A stretch of DNA of 32,273 nucleotides from contig JBEKGO010000038.1 in the NCBI GenBank assembly GCA_050012755.1, positions 1 to 32,273 of the forward strand, written 5' to 3'. This stretch comes from Candidatus Bathyarchaeia archaeon (GTDB taxonomy: Archaea; Thermoproteota; Bathyarchaeia; Bathyarchaeales; Bathycorpusculaceae). The notes beneath the pieces are model-generated. The model was not told the origin of the DNA and ran no database searches. It saw only the letters and a list, made by a program, of their open reading frames with translations. Within the stretch, counting starts at the first letter, position 1, and the number at the start of each line of letters is the position of its first letter. Made by a program: the position numbers and the translations under genes. Positions 1-9,513 of the stretch are shown one piece after another.

Positions 1-528
1 GAAAAAGACAAATTTGATGAACGTTTGACTGGTATGAAGAATAATGTTCAGAGGCTATCGCTTAAAGATTGGAAACAGCCGGTTGTTGGAGAAGAAAGCA
101 TTTACATACTGATAGCGGAAAAAAAAGCAATTTTGGCGAAGACTTCAGAACTAGTTGGAAACTCAAGAAAAGAAGTCGCGTTGATTTCAGACAACAAAAG
201 AATTATACCTGTTTTGGCTCAGTTTTCAAATGAATATAAACAGGCAATAAAGAAAGGAGCGAAGATTCGACTAATTTTTGAAGGAGAAAACCCAGACAGT
301 CTGCTGAAAGAAAAAGTGAAAAAACTCATCGGCGACACTTCGGTTAACATAAGGTTTCATCGTGAACCTTTGAATCACTTCATAATGTCTGATGATAAAG
401 AAGCATTGATTACCACTTCTAAAGAAAGCGGATTAGGTGAAAGCCCTTCTCTTTGGACAAACAACGGCAACCTTATAGGCGTACTCAGAACAGGTTTTGA
501 ATCTGACTGGAAAAAAGCCGAAGACTAA
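1..528 (+). CDS. TrmB-family transcriptional regulator, C-terminal part (5'-truncated by window edge)
   Basis: Frame is open from base 1 (EKDKF...). A..GAKIRLI, HFIMSDDKEALI and SLWTNN..LI..LR..FE..W resemble the PLD-like effector domain of archaeal TrmB proteins. Confidence 0.75.
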   Translation, partial: EKDKFDERLTGMKNNVQRLSLKDWKQPVVGEESIYILIAEKKAILAKTSELVGNSRKEVALISDNKRIIPVLAQFSNEYKQAIKKGAKIRLIFEGENPDSLLKEKVKKLIGDTSVNIRFHREPLNHFIMSDDKEALITTSKESGLGESPSLWTNNGNLIGVLRTGFESDWKKAED

Positions 529-816
529 CCTGATAATCTTATTTTTCTTTGTGGTTTCGGGTTCAAAAATTCCTGCCAGCGCTTATGCCAATTAGTGTAA
601 CAAAAACATCAGAACGTCAGTGAAGGCTCAAATTTACATGCAAATTAACTCTGTCAACAAGAAATTTGTAGAGTGCATAAATCATTTTAAACACGCAGCA
701 CAAAGGTCTGAAAAAACCGTGATCTAACATGAAAAAGAAGAGAAGGTTTAGGCGTCAAGTTGTCGCAATTGCATCATCAATGACCTTGGCCAAGGGAGCA
801 TTTTTCTTAACTGATA

Positions 817-975
817 CTATATTCTACGTCCTGAAAGTAGTCGTACAACTATTATGATGATAGCGATGACTAGCAGTACCCATATGATGGTGCCAAGGTT
901 GAAGAATACAAAGCCAAGAAGCCACAGTATGATAAGTATAGCAGCAACTACGAAAAGCAAATCAAGCAAACCCAT
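817..975 (-). CDS. Lmo0937/DUF5670-family small membrane protein (52 aa), copy 1
   Basis: Hand translation MGLLDLLFVVAAILIILWLLGFVFFNLGTIIWVLLVIAIIIIVVRLLSGRRI with the LWLLG...GRR signature. GAGG SD upstream. Near-identical paralog at 19743-19901. Confidence 0.88.
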   Translation of the reverse strand: MGLLDLLFVVAAILIILWLLGFVFFNLGTIIWVLLVIAIIIIVVRLLSGRRI

Positions 976-1022
976 TTTCAAAACCTCACTTAGACTGACT
1001 TGAACCCTTTACTTTAGGATGT

Positions 1023-1044
1023 GTGGCTGGGAATAAACACCTAC
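1023..1044 (-). promoter_or_regulatory. 22-bp inverted-repeat operator (degenerate)
   Basis: In gene orientation GTAGGTGT-ttattc-CCAGCCAC; homologous to the site at 19673. Confidence 0.6.
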
Positions 1045-1150
1045 AGCTTCATTACTCTTATTATTTCATCTTTTAAGAAAGCATATTTGCTTTATTGAAT
1101 TATTAATAGGCTCAGTTCATTTCAAACATGAAGTCAATCCATTGGCTAGC

Positions 1151-1657
1151 CTAGAAGTGATTCATGATAAAATCCCTAACGGTTCTATGACTAGCCATGA
1201 TTTCGACGATCTTTTTTGTAACTTTGGTTAATTGCGCATCAAACAGCCTTGTTATAACCAACGAAAGCGCAAACGTAAATATGCCAAAGAAATAAAATGT
1301 AATAGCGTTTATTTTGCCAAGGTACAAGATGAAAAAGAATGTAACGGTTGAAGCTATCAGTCCCATGATGTAGGATCTTATAATGAAATAAAGTCTCTGC
1401 AACCACGTAGAAAACAATAGAACCTTGATTACGGCTCTTTTCTCGATCTCGCTTTCAGCTCCATTGCTGTGCTTTGTTTCTATCTGTTGTAATACTCTTT
1501 TTGCGTAATGTATGTCTGCTAAATGCAATATTTTTTTTGCATAACGAGCGTCTGATAAATTTGTGGCAGTTGCGCTTTCAAGCTCTTTCAAGATCCTTTG
1601 TGCTATTTCGTCTATTTCGGCATCTACTCGGTCTACTTTAGCATCTTTAGTTACCAT
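1151..1657 (-). CDS. Hypothetical membrane protein with 2 C-terminal TM helices
   Basis: 168-aa ORF, AGGTGA SD upstream, hydrophobic hairpin near the C-terminus. Confidence 0.75.
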   Translation of the reverse strand: MVTKDAKVDRVDAEIDEIAQRILKELESATATNLSDARYAKKILHLADIHYAKRVLQQIETKHSNGAESEIEKRAVIKVLLFSTWLQRLYFIIRSYIMGLIASTVTFFFILYLGKINAITFYFFGIFTFALSLVITRLFDAQLTKVTKKIVEIMASHRTVRDFIMNHF

Positions 1658-2315
1658 TATCTCACCTGAATATTCTAGTATCTTATTCCATCTGTGTTTC
1701 TAAATCTTTGTCTATAAAAAGAGCAACACGTATACACGTCTACTCCTAATCTTACCCACGCACGCTCCCGTGAATGTAATGTCTGTCTCTTTGTTACCAT
1801 TTCAGTCACTGTCTCAGTCAGTCACGCATACATGCAATATTGTTGCGCGGCGCGCGCTGGGTATAGGCGTAGTTGTAGTGTGTGGGGGATCTTGAGGTGT
1901 TTTTGGGATAGATTTATCGAAAAAGTGAAAAGCCACATTAACGCTCTACTCACATCGTGAGCCATACTTCAGTCACTTTCTTAGTACAGAGCGATTGAGG
2001 TATGGTTTACGATAAAACATTAACAGCTCAAAGCACCTTCGAAACTACTGATCCAGCAATACAATTTATTTATAAAGAAAGACTCTCGTTTAATTTGTTG
2101 CAGACGGAATATGACAATTAACGGACCCAAGTCGAGTGTTTGGCACATTGCTACAATCGGAGTTGTAACAACCATGATGGCAGAAGATTACTCTGAGAAA
2201 TCTATAAGTGTGGAAAAGATGAAGAAGCCGATTGATCAATCGATTCCTCCGATAAAGTGGACGACTTCTCGTTTATTTGCAACGGTCCCGCTATATGTAG
2301 AGTGAGGTGTGAAGC

Positions 2316-3428
2316 ATGAGTCAGGAGACCGCGGATCCGACTAAGGCACCGACGGGCGGCTTTCAGCTGCCCAGATCGGTCATAAGGTGGATAGCCGTGG
2401 GCTTGGTTCTAACATCCGCCGTTGTTATCATTATATCGTTATATTCGGGCGTGAAGTTCTCGGATTTTGAACGTATCGGTTTCTTGGCATTCGGCCTAGC
2501 AGCTACTGCATCTGTGGCCAGACTCCTCGTCCAGATCGTGCGGTTCAGAGTAATAACGGTAGGCTTGGCTGATGACCCGAAAATGGATTTGAGTGGCTTG
2601 GCGCTTACCAGAGTAAGCAGCGAGTTCATCTCGATAGCGACACCCGCATCGAGTACGGGCGTCTTTCTACGCACTGCCTGGCTATCGAGCAAGGGGGTGA
2701 CCGGCGGCAAGGCGCTCTGGATTGGCTATTTTGAGGTGCTCATCGAGGTATATGTTGGTGTTGGTCTCGGAATTGCTGGGGGCGTATACGCCTACTTGAA
2801 GGGCGCGGTCGTCTTGGGGTCAACAATTGCTGTGATTGCGTTGGTCGTGCTTATTGGGTACACGATCATTTTCATAATTCCGGCTAGGAGAGCCGTCAAG
2901 GTTCCTCATTTTGTTTTCACGATTGCGGAGTATCTGGTAGGTGGCCCAAGAGCTACAGCCCTTTATCTTCACGCTGTCGTCGGCTCTCTGAATTTTTCAG
3001 TTTCCGCGCGCGCAATTCTAACGAGAGATAAACTACCTGTAGCGCTAAAGGCTGTTGTTCTGACAATCGTTGAGGATGTGTTGGAGGGTGCGACTCTCTG
3101 GTTTGTGCTAAACGCCGCGGGCTTGAAGATCGACCTGCTTTCCTCAACCATTGTAGTCTTCGGTATCGACACCATCGCTCAACTCCCGATATCCATAGGC
3201 GGCGCGGGAATCACGGAGCTCACCATACAGGGCTACCTGACTGCAGTCTATGGATTCTCCTCGTGGGCGTCCGTTATAATATGGAGAGTCGCCACTTATC
3301 AAGTCCTACTAGCGACAACTGGTATCGTGTTTCTGTTCTTCGTGCGCAAGTATACGAGGCATGTCGAGAAGCCACGTGAAGTGGAACATCAGAAGGATGC
3401 TAAGGAATTCTTGCAAGATGGGGGATAG
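2316..3428 (+). CDS. Lysylphosphatidylglycerol synthase TM / UPF0104 flippase-like membrane protein
   Basis: Multi-TM protein with family motifs S.ATP, LPISIGGAGITE and IIWR..TY; GAGGTG SD. Confidence 0.85.
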   Translation: MSQETADPTKAPTGGFQLPRSVIRWIAVGLVLTSAVVIIISLYSGVKFSDFERIGFLAFGLAATASVARLLVQIVRFRVITVGLADDPKMDLSGLALTRVSSEFISIATPASSTGVFLRTAWLSSKGVTGGKALWIGYFEVLIEVYVGVGLGIAGGVYAYLKGAVVLGSTIAVIALVVLIGYTIIFIIPARRAVKVPHFVFTIAEYLVGGPRATALYLHAVVGSLNFSVSARAILTRDKLPVALKAVVLTIVEDVLEGATLWFVLNAAGLKIDLLSSTIVVFGIDTIAQLPISIGGAGITELTIQGYLTAVYGFSSWASVIIWRVATYQVLLATTGIVFLFFVRKYTRHVEKPREVEHQKDAKEFLQDGG

Positions 3429-3911
3429 AAAGGGATATCCCAGAGTAGAGCATTTCAGAGCAAGAACAACGAGCAGGAATCACGCATTGAGGCCGTAGTA
3501 CTTCTACTCCGCGGGAATCATCTAGAACGCGTGGTTTCCAGCGAGGCTGATCATTGCGAGGGCGTTCTCGAAGGTTATCATGAAGCCAATCATCCGGGTG
3601 CAGGCAATCGGGGCCACGTTTCAAATGCCCACAGGGTACTTCAGAATGTAGCAAGGAATCAAGCATAGAGTGTAGTCTACGCATCAACATTGCAGCATGC
3701 GCGCAATCCAATATCCTGGCGCTGCCAAAATGCTGAAATAGTTGTGTTGTTTATATTTTTCGTGGCATACTTTGCTATTGCCGCTGTACTAAACCTATAA
3801 AGGCTAGAGTTGAATGAAAATCAATAGAACGAATTTGATTCGTGTTTCTACGGCTGATCTTTCTAATACCCTCGCCCGTTCATCCACCAAGAACAAGTTC
3901 AAGGCTGGTCG

Positions 3912-4241
3912 TTGAATTCATTGTCAGCAACTTCAGGGATGGAAGACTTTGCAACCACGTTTGCAAATGCGGTGCACGGTGGACTGGATAAGGTTCTAGG
4001 TCAGAGCGGGGCGGCGGCGGTCTTAGCTAACATGAAGATGACTAGTAATCTTCCCGACCCGGCTGAATTCCATAAGAAGTTGCTCGCACTTTTCGGCAAA
4101 GAAGCAACACTTTCGCTGGAAAGATCGATAGTTAGGGATCTTGTGACGAGGCTCAAGTGGGCGCTAGAACTTTTGAGTATAGAAGGACCCTTCGATTTCA
4201 ACACGACCATGCTCAAGATACAGAAGGGTATGAAAAAATGA
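3912..4241 (+). CDS. Small alpha-helical protein, DUF3227/NitrOD5-like partner of KaiC-type ATPases
   Basis: Pattern AV..GL.KVLG.SG...V.....P.EF...L..LFG.....LER.I...L. Stop codon overlaps the next start (ATGA at 4238-4241). Confidence 0.6.
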   Translation: MNSLSATSGMEDFATTFANAVHGGLDKVLGQSGAAAVLANMKMTSNLPDPAEFHKKLLALFGKEATLSLERSIVRDLVTRLKWALELLSIEGPFDFNTTMLKIQKGMKK

Positions 4242-5671
4242 CGACTAGAAAAAGCCCAGGATTGAAACCCCTTGTTCAAGTGGATAGCCAAGGGGGTACT
4301 GCTGATTCTGGAGCAGATGATCTGGCGGAGACACGGATAGCTGCTGTACTTGGTCTGAAACAATTCACGCAGCGACCCGTCAGAACCTTACTCGTCAAAG
4401 GTCTCGCAGGTACTGGCAAGACAACAATCGCCCTTGAAATTCTCAAGGCAGCGGGCAACGGGAAAGGTGCGTACATATCCTCAAGAGTTCCAAAAGAACT
4501 CCTTGAAATGCAGATACCAGCCATGAAGAAGACCTTACAGAATCAAGAGTTCTTGGACATTAGGCTCGAGGACGCGACAGCAGCACTGGATCTTGTCATC
4601 AAACTGACGGGGCCAAAGAAAGTCAGAACCATTGTGTTTGATAGTTGGGATGGCCTCGCGAAGGAATTGGACCCGAAGGAAAGGTTACGCGCCGAGAAGA
4701 CTTTGATGGCCCTTGCAAATAATTCCGGCGCCCAACTTGTCTTTGTTAGCGAGGAACCCGGCGCCACGACCATAGACTATCTCGTCGATGGTATCCTCGA
4801 GTTGGTGAGGGTTGAAGAACAAGACCGTGCGGTACGAGAATTTATCATACACAAACTGCGTGGGACAAAGATACCCCAACACAAGTATCTCTTTACACTT
4901 CTAGAAGGAAAATTCACTTTCTTCGGACCCTACGCCGTTCCCGATTACTCGAAGGTGGACAAGTTTGTTCGAAAGCCTGACATCGATGGATCCTATTCTT
5001 TCGGGAGTGGGGCTCTGGATAGACTGTTTGGAGGCATAATTCCTGGGAGCACCATGACTATCGAATACGATGAGAATGTTCCCTACTCTGCGCTCAGAGC
5101 AATCGAACTGCCTCTCATCATCAACTTTCTGTCGATGGGAAGGAGTGCGATCCTTCTCCCATTACCAGGCGCAAATGACGAGCGAACGAACTCGATTCTG
5201 ACCAAAACGCTTGGCGAAAGTATCGTAGGCGACCGACTCCGCATTCTCAACGTAGTCAGAACTAGCGACCTTGAGACCACGCAATTGCGGAAAAATGTCA
5301 CTCCCAATGAAATCCATGAAATAGTAACTAGAGAGACGACAAGACTGCGGGAGAAATCGAAGGACCGGTCCGTGTTACTCGTAAAGTCCGTGAGCGCTCT
5401 AGAGAACTTGTTCGCTTCTGATTTGGATTCACTGCTCGAAGTGACCTCCCAAGAGATAATCACCCTCGCACAGTCGCATGATGTGCACATTCTCTTCTTG
5501 GCAAAGGATTCGCCTATCCGGTCGCGCATCCTCTCGATGAGTTCCAGTTACGCAAAATTGTTCGTTAGAGATGGCACCGTTCTGATGTTTGGCGTGAAGC
5601 CTCACACTGGGATTTACGTATTACAACATCTCGAGGATCCCACTTCTCCATCACTAACCCAAATGGTGTGA
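4238..5671 (+). CDS. GvpD/KaiC(RAD55)-like P-loop ATPase with two domains, the second degenerate
   Basis: Walker A GLAGTGKT, Walker B IVFDSWD, DYLVDG..L and KLRG motifs. Second domain begins FGSGALDRLFGGI but has no Walker A. Start reassigned to the ATG at 4238 (ATGA overlap). Confidence 0.85.
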   Translation: MTTRKSPGLKPLVQVDSQGGTADSGADDLAETRIAAVLGLKQFTQRPVRTLLVKGLAGTGKTTIALEILKAAGNGKGAYISSRVPKELLEMQIPAMKKTLQNQEFLDIRLEDATAALDLVIKLTGPKKVRTIVFDSWDGLAKELDPKERLRAEKTLMALANNSGAQLVFVSEEPGATTIDYLVDGILELVRVEEQDRAVREFIIHKLRGTKIPQHKYLFTLLEGKFTFFGPYAVPDYSKVDKFVRKPDIDGSYSFGSGALDRLFGGIIPGSTMTIEYDENVPYSALRAIELPLIINFLSMGRSAILLPLPGANDERTNSILTKTLGESIVGDRLRILNVVRTSDLETTQLRKNVTPNEIHEIVTRETTRLREKSKDRSVLLVKSVSALENLFASDLDSLLEVTSQEIITLAQSHDVHILFLAKDSPIRSRILSMSSSYAKLFVRDGTVLMFGVKPHTGIYVLQHLEDPTSPSLTQMV

Positions 5672-5807
5672 TCCATTTACACATCCATCTATCATATTGT
5701 TTAGGTTCCAAGCCTGATTTCGTGCATAAGCGGTCTGTATAAGAAGCGCGCGCAAAGTTTAGTCTTTCTCAGCCTTTTTAACTCATTAATGTCGTTCTTG
5801 CTTATTA

Positions 5808-5969
5808 ATGCTAAAAAATAATCATAATTTATCTAATGAAGTTATAACAGAAGAAATTAAAGAACAAAAAAACAATTCTCTCGGAGTGACTGTGGGAAAA
5901 CAAGCAATCAACGTGGGAGTCAAAGGTTCCAGCGAAAAAACAACAAAAAAATTTTCAAAAACAAAATGA
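5808..5969 (+). CDS. Small hydrophilic ORF (53 aa), possibly the N-terminal half of a frameshifted gene
   Basis: MLKNNHNLSNEVITEEIKEQKNNSLGVTVGKQAINVGVKGSSEKTTKKFSKTK; ATGA overlap with the next ORF. Confidence 0.4.
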   Translation: MLKNNHNLSNEVITEEIKEQKNNSLGVTVGKQAINVGVKGSSEKTTKKFSKTK

Positions 5970-6115
5970 ATAGTGACAAGAAAGAATATAATGCTAAACG
6001 GGATAGTGACAAAAAGTCGTTCGATGATGCAAGCGACAGTGACAAACGCGACTATGAGGACAAAAGAGAGCGCGACAAGAAAAAGTTTAAGAAGAAAGAG
6101 GGTTCCATGAAATAG
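5966..6115 (+). CDS. Highly charged 11-mer repeat peptide (hydrophilin/LEA-like, 49 aa)
   Basis: M-NSDKKEYNAKR-DSDKKSFDDAS-DSDKRDYEDKR-ERDKKKFKKKE-GSMK; 33-nt periodic AGTGACAA. Confidence 0.6.
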   Translation: MNSDKKEYNAKRDSDKKSFDDASDSDKRDYEDKRERDKKKFKKKEGSMK

Positions 6116-6510
6116 CAGACTTGGCAAAGAGAAAAGTTATGATTTAGTTAAAGAGAGGGCATATTTACATATGCTGTTTCAAACGGACTTCTAAAGTTTA
6201 CGTATTGTCTTTAGAACTTTTCGCAAACTTATTTCCTATGGGCTAGCCCAAGTTATTGTTCGAGTTTCTTTAGTAGAACACTAACGCTGCGAAATTCAAT
6301 TGTTGGTAGTAATTGTCTATTGGATAATGAATGCGCCAAGAAGTCAATTTTGGCACACGCAAGCATTTAATCATAGTGTTGGGCAATTAACTCTTATTCC
6401 TTAGTTCAACGAGAGCAATCCTGTCACAGGCTTGAATATTATTGTGGTTCCTGAATATAAGATTCAAACCTACAAAACCAAATAGGCTCTCTTTAAAGCA
6501 AAGGCTTATT

Positions 6511-6532
6511 GTCGGTGTGAGATAGCAGTCAC
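6511..6532 (+). promoter_or_regulatory. 22-bp inverted-repeat operator upstream of csbD
   Basis: GTCGGTGT-gagata-GCAGTCAC, then 5 nt, then TTTAATATA. Confidence 0.7.
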
Positions 6533-6579
6533 ATATGTTTAATATAATCACAAAGGCACTAGGTTTATAGTGAAATTTT

Positions 6580-6744
6580 ATGAGTAAAGATGAAGTTAAA
6601 GGTAAACTCAAAAAGGATGAAGGTAAAATCCGCGTAGGCGTGGGCAAAGTAACTGGCAACACAGGTCAAATAATTAAAGGCGAAGCTGAAAAAGTCAAAG
6701 GAAAAATCCAAGAGGACGTAGGCAAAGCCAAAAGAAAACTCTAA
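6580..6744 (+). CDS. csbD: CsbD/YjbJ-family general stress protein (54 aa)
   Basis: MSKDEVKGKLKKDEGKIRVGVGKVTGNTGQIIKGEAEKVKGKIQEDVGKAKRKL shows the classic D.VKG....G......G..TG.......G.....G.IQ...G pattern. Absent from the ORF track. Confidence 0.92.
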   Translation: MSKDEVKGKLKKDEGKIRVGVGKVTGNTGQIIKGEAEKVKGKIQEDVGKAKRKL

Positions 6745-6864
6745 CTAATCGCAAAAACCACTGTTCAAGGCTTCGATAGTCAAACCTACTGCTGGCTGCT
6801 AAGCACATAGCTTCCCTCCTTTTCTGTCTTTTGTGTTGTGAGCGAGAGAAGTTGGCGCTGAGTT

Positions 6865-6886
6865 GTGACCGTTAACCCACAGTTAT
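6865..6886. promoter_or_regulatory. Orphan copy of the 22-bp operator
   Basis: GTGACCGT-taaccc-ACAGTTAT followed by acatgcATTTATG; no clear downstream gene. Confidence 0.45.
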
Positions 6887-7131
6887 ACATGCATTTATGG
6901 GCTGAACACGTAATAAAAAGTTAAGGTTGAACGTGTTAAAATATTCCATTCTTTCCATATCTCTTCTGATGAGAGTTGAATTAACCGATATGATTGCTAA
7001 AGGGATTTGATTATAAGTGGAAAAAGGAGAAATGCAAGATACCTCTTTGACACAATTATCAATTACATTCTGTTTGTCTTTATCATGTTGTCATGGCGCT
7101 AAAGAAACTCGACAACAAGAAGTGGCGCTAG

Positions 7132-7914
7132 TCATATCTTGGCTCGTTCTGTTATTTCACGACCCTCAAAGATAGACAGTCTAGGTTTTCCGCAGCTTAG
7201 ATCTACTACCGTGTTATGGACGGTTGAGTCTGTGACCCAACTGCCAGTGTTCACGACATTCTCAGCTTCGTTTATGAAAGGGTGATGCGTGTGGCCGAAG
7301 ACCAATATTTCGCCTTGTTTGATTTTTGAGAGTGCAATGTGCTCTACATCTTTCAGAATTTGGGATAATCGTTTTTCCGGCGGTTGCGTTACTCCACCGA
7401 AGAGGTCTTCAAAGTTCTCTATCGGGTCGTACATAACATGGCACAGGGCTTCCATAACTGCAGCTTTCTGTTGAGGGTCAAACTCGAGACCATGGCATAT
7501 CATGTAAGTGTATTTCCCATCTGTGAACTTCAAGTCTTTCGCAAAACTGAACGGGTAAGAATGCCCCCGCATTTGAAGGACATGGTAATCATGATTCCCC
7601 GCGACGTAATGTACTCTCATCTTCTCCTTCAGTCTGATAACCTTCTGCACGAAATCCCAGTTTTCCAGAAATACTCCAGAAGCGTCTCGTCTCCACATGT
7701 CCACAATGTCTCCCAGCAGCACCAAGTCGGTAGTTCCCTTATCTGACTGCAGACTGTCCAGAAACCTGTTAAACGACTCTTTATCCGAATTCTTGTAGCC
7801 CAGATGGACGTCCGAGACTACTTTAAGTTTCAGCGGCTTACCTTCAGTAGCTGAAAATGAGCAGCCTTGTTTCTCACTCATTTCACCGAGAGTATCCATG
7901 AATGAAACCGTCAT
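7132..7914 (-). CDS. Calcineurin-like metallophosphoesterase (LpxH-like)
   Basis: Motifs SDVHLG, LGDIVD, GNHD, HG and FGHTH. Confidence 0.9.
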   Translation of the reverse strand: MTVSFMDTLGEMSEKQGCSFSATEGKPLKLKVVSDVHLGYKNSDKESFNRFLDSLQSDKGTTDLVLLGDIVDMWRRDASGVFLENWDFVQKVIRLKEKMRVHYVAGNHDYHVLQMRGHSYPFSFAKDLKFTDGKYTYMICHGLEFDPQQKAAVMEALCHVMYDPIENFEDLFGGVTQPPEKRLSQILKDVEHIALSKIKQGEILVFGHTHHPFINEAENVVNTGSWVTDSTVHNTVVDLSCGKPRLSIFEGREITERAKI

Positions 7915-8444
7915 TAGCTAAACCTCAAAAATGGAATTACATATAAAATTAAGTCGGAGGTCTATTTGAGACTTCTTGTTGCTTTCTTAAGATGGCATCC
8001 TTAATCCTTGCAGACGATAACCTTCTTTCCACTTTGCCTGTCCCTGTTTTTCTCCGTCCCTTATCGTCAGTTTCGCTTCTTTGTTCATAATTTTCTCAAT
8101 TAAACGATGTTTTTTAATATGCCCGTCAAGGCAAACTTCAAACATTTTTCTCTCACTTCTACTTTTCTACTAACATTTTCCAACACTGTTCATCAGTTCA
8201 AAAGCTTTGTTTCCTTGTTCTTTTTTGGAAGCTTCACCTATCGCCTGTTTCTGTTTCTAGAAAATCTCATGCTACATAACCATCATTCGATAGGGAGGAA
8301 AAGTAATCGTCAAGCCAATAGAACACTTTTTGCTTTCTTTCAAATTGCTAGAATTTCCAAAGAATATCCACGACCAGATTACTTTTTGTTAGCTTTTAGA
8401 AGAACCTGATTTGCCAAAACAAAACAAAGAAGTGTGGTAGAATC

Positions 8445-8882
8445 TTATGTTAATGACTCTGCGTATTCAATAACATTCTTTTTCATCTGATTGTTAATCT
8501 TTTCAGTCCGTCCATGCAAAAAGAAAATCTTGTCTGGAATACCCCAAACAACTATTCTGTTTTTACATTCAAAACATTTCTGTAACACCGAGTTTCTATG
8601 TCTCTCTTCCATAGCAATAATAATATTATACCGCTCCAATTGTTTACTATCAATACTTTCAGGCGTCTTCTTAAGATACTGCACAGCATCTTCTGAAATT
8701 AAATCTTCTCTAGCTTCTTTTGTGATTTTACGTGCAATTTTTGTCCCAGCAGAATCCACTTCCAAATCTGGTCTAAGTTTTTTGAGAAGTGCTTCACATA
8801 TTAGACTGCGATATGCATTTCCGGTACATACAAACAATACTTTTTGAATGCAGTCTTCATTTTTCATACTTTCAAACTTCAT
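8445..8882 (-). CDS. Low-molecular-weight protein tyrosine phosphatase / arsenate reductase-like protein
   Basis: VLFVCTGNAYRS (CX5R) P-loop, DSAGT, IIAME and WGIPD. Start is probably 8882 or 8867 rather than 8990. Confidence 0.85.
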   Translation of the reverse strand: MKFESMKNEDCIQKVLFVCTGNAYRSLICEALLKKLRPDLEVDSAGTKIARKITKEAREDLISEDAVQYLKKTPESIDSKQLERYNIIIAMEERHRNSVLQKCFECKNRIVVWGIPDKIFFLHGRTEKINNQMKKNVIEYAESLT

Positions 8883-9120
8883 TCTAGGTAATGGTCTTTT
8901 TCGCCGCCTATACTGTCCATTCCATAGGCTTAAAAAAATATACCTAAAGACAAGTTTCTCAACTTTTGGATAGCTATAGTCGGCAACCATGTTACAGCAA
9001 GCAGAATTTAACCTTTCTTGATATTTTCTTTTTGAATCAAGCTGAACGCAATCCTACTTCACAGTTCATCCTCTGTAATTTGAACTCGTTTTAGTCGTTT
9101 CTTGTGCAGCACTTAGCAAC

Positions 9121-9321
9121 TTATGGTTTCTTTGGCTTTATACCTAGCTTAACGTTGACTTCTACGATGTATTCTTTTTCTTGTTTTCCAACAGCAAAAT
9201 GCCAGTCCTTTACTTCCACATCCATATCTTTAAAATGATTTACGAGGGAATCTTTGTATTCGTTGACGGTTTGACCTATTTTTTGCAATCGCTCGGTAAT
9301 GTCAATATGTTTCTCAGTCAT
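9121..9321 (-). CDS. Small hypothetical protein (66 aa)
   Basis: GGAGGTG SD; preceded by the operator and TTTAAGA box. Confidence 0.8.
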   Translation of the reverse strand: MTEKHIDITERLQKIGQTVNEYKDSLVNHFKDMDVEVKDWHFAVGKQEKEYIVEVNVKLGIKPKKP

Positions 9322-9386
9322 TCAATTACACCTCCCAAAACGTGATACAACGTTAGTGTGATTCTGCGCAGAGTTCTTAAAGGTGT

Positions 9387-9408
9387 GTGGCTGTTAACTA
9401 ACAGCAAC
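9387..9408 (-). promoter_or_regulatory. 22-bp inverted-repeat operator
   Basis: In gene orientation GTTGCTGT-tagtta-ACAGCCAC, then 5 nt, then TTTAAGAA. Confidence 0.75.
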
Positions 9409-9513
9409 TAAACCTTCAGCATACCCAATTTAAATCTAATTTTTTTAAAAGGTGTTTTAGGAGATCTCCAATTGATTTCTTATGATGATAAGCACCAAAA
9501 TGATAAGAACACC

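Noticed and set aside
3400-3711. 103-aa ORF or decayed membrane gene
   Set aside because: No recognisable motif; another frame has protein-like fragments interrupted by stops but cannot be assigned.
4238-5671. Gas vesicle or circadian clock system
   Set aside because: No gvpA or other gvp genes and no kaiB in the window; the second ATPase domain is degenerate.
1843-5755. GCGCGCGC tracts flanking the GC-rich insert as terminal repeats
   Set aside because: Too short and low in complexity to support; no transposase or target-site duplication.
5822-6127. 101-aa hydrophobic ORF on the minus strand
   Set aside because: Antisense shadow of A-rich, Lys-rich plus-strand ORFs.
6387-6662. 91-aa minus-strand ORF
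   Set aside because: Overlaps csbD and its promoter on the opposite strand.
8107-8409. 100-aa ORF (also 2111-2305 and 9416-9616)
   Set aside because: Atypical composition or no SD or motif; likely intergenic.
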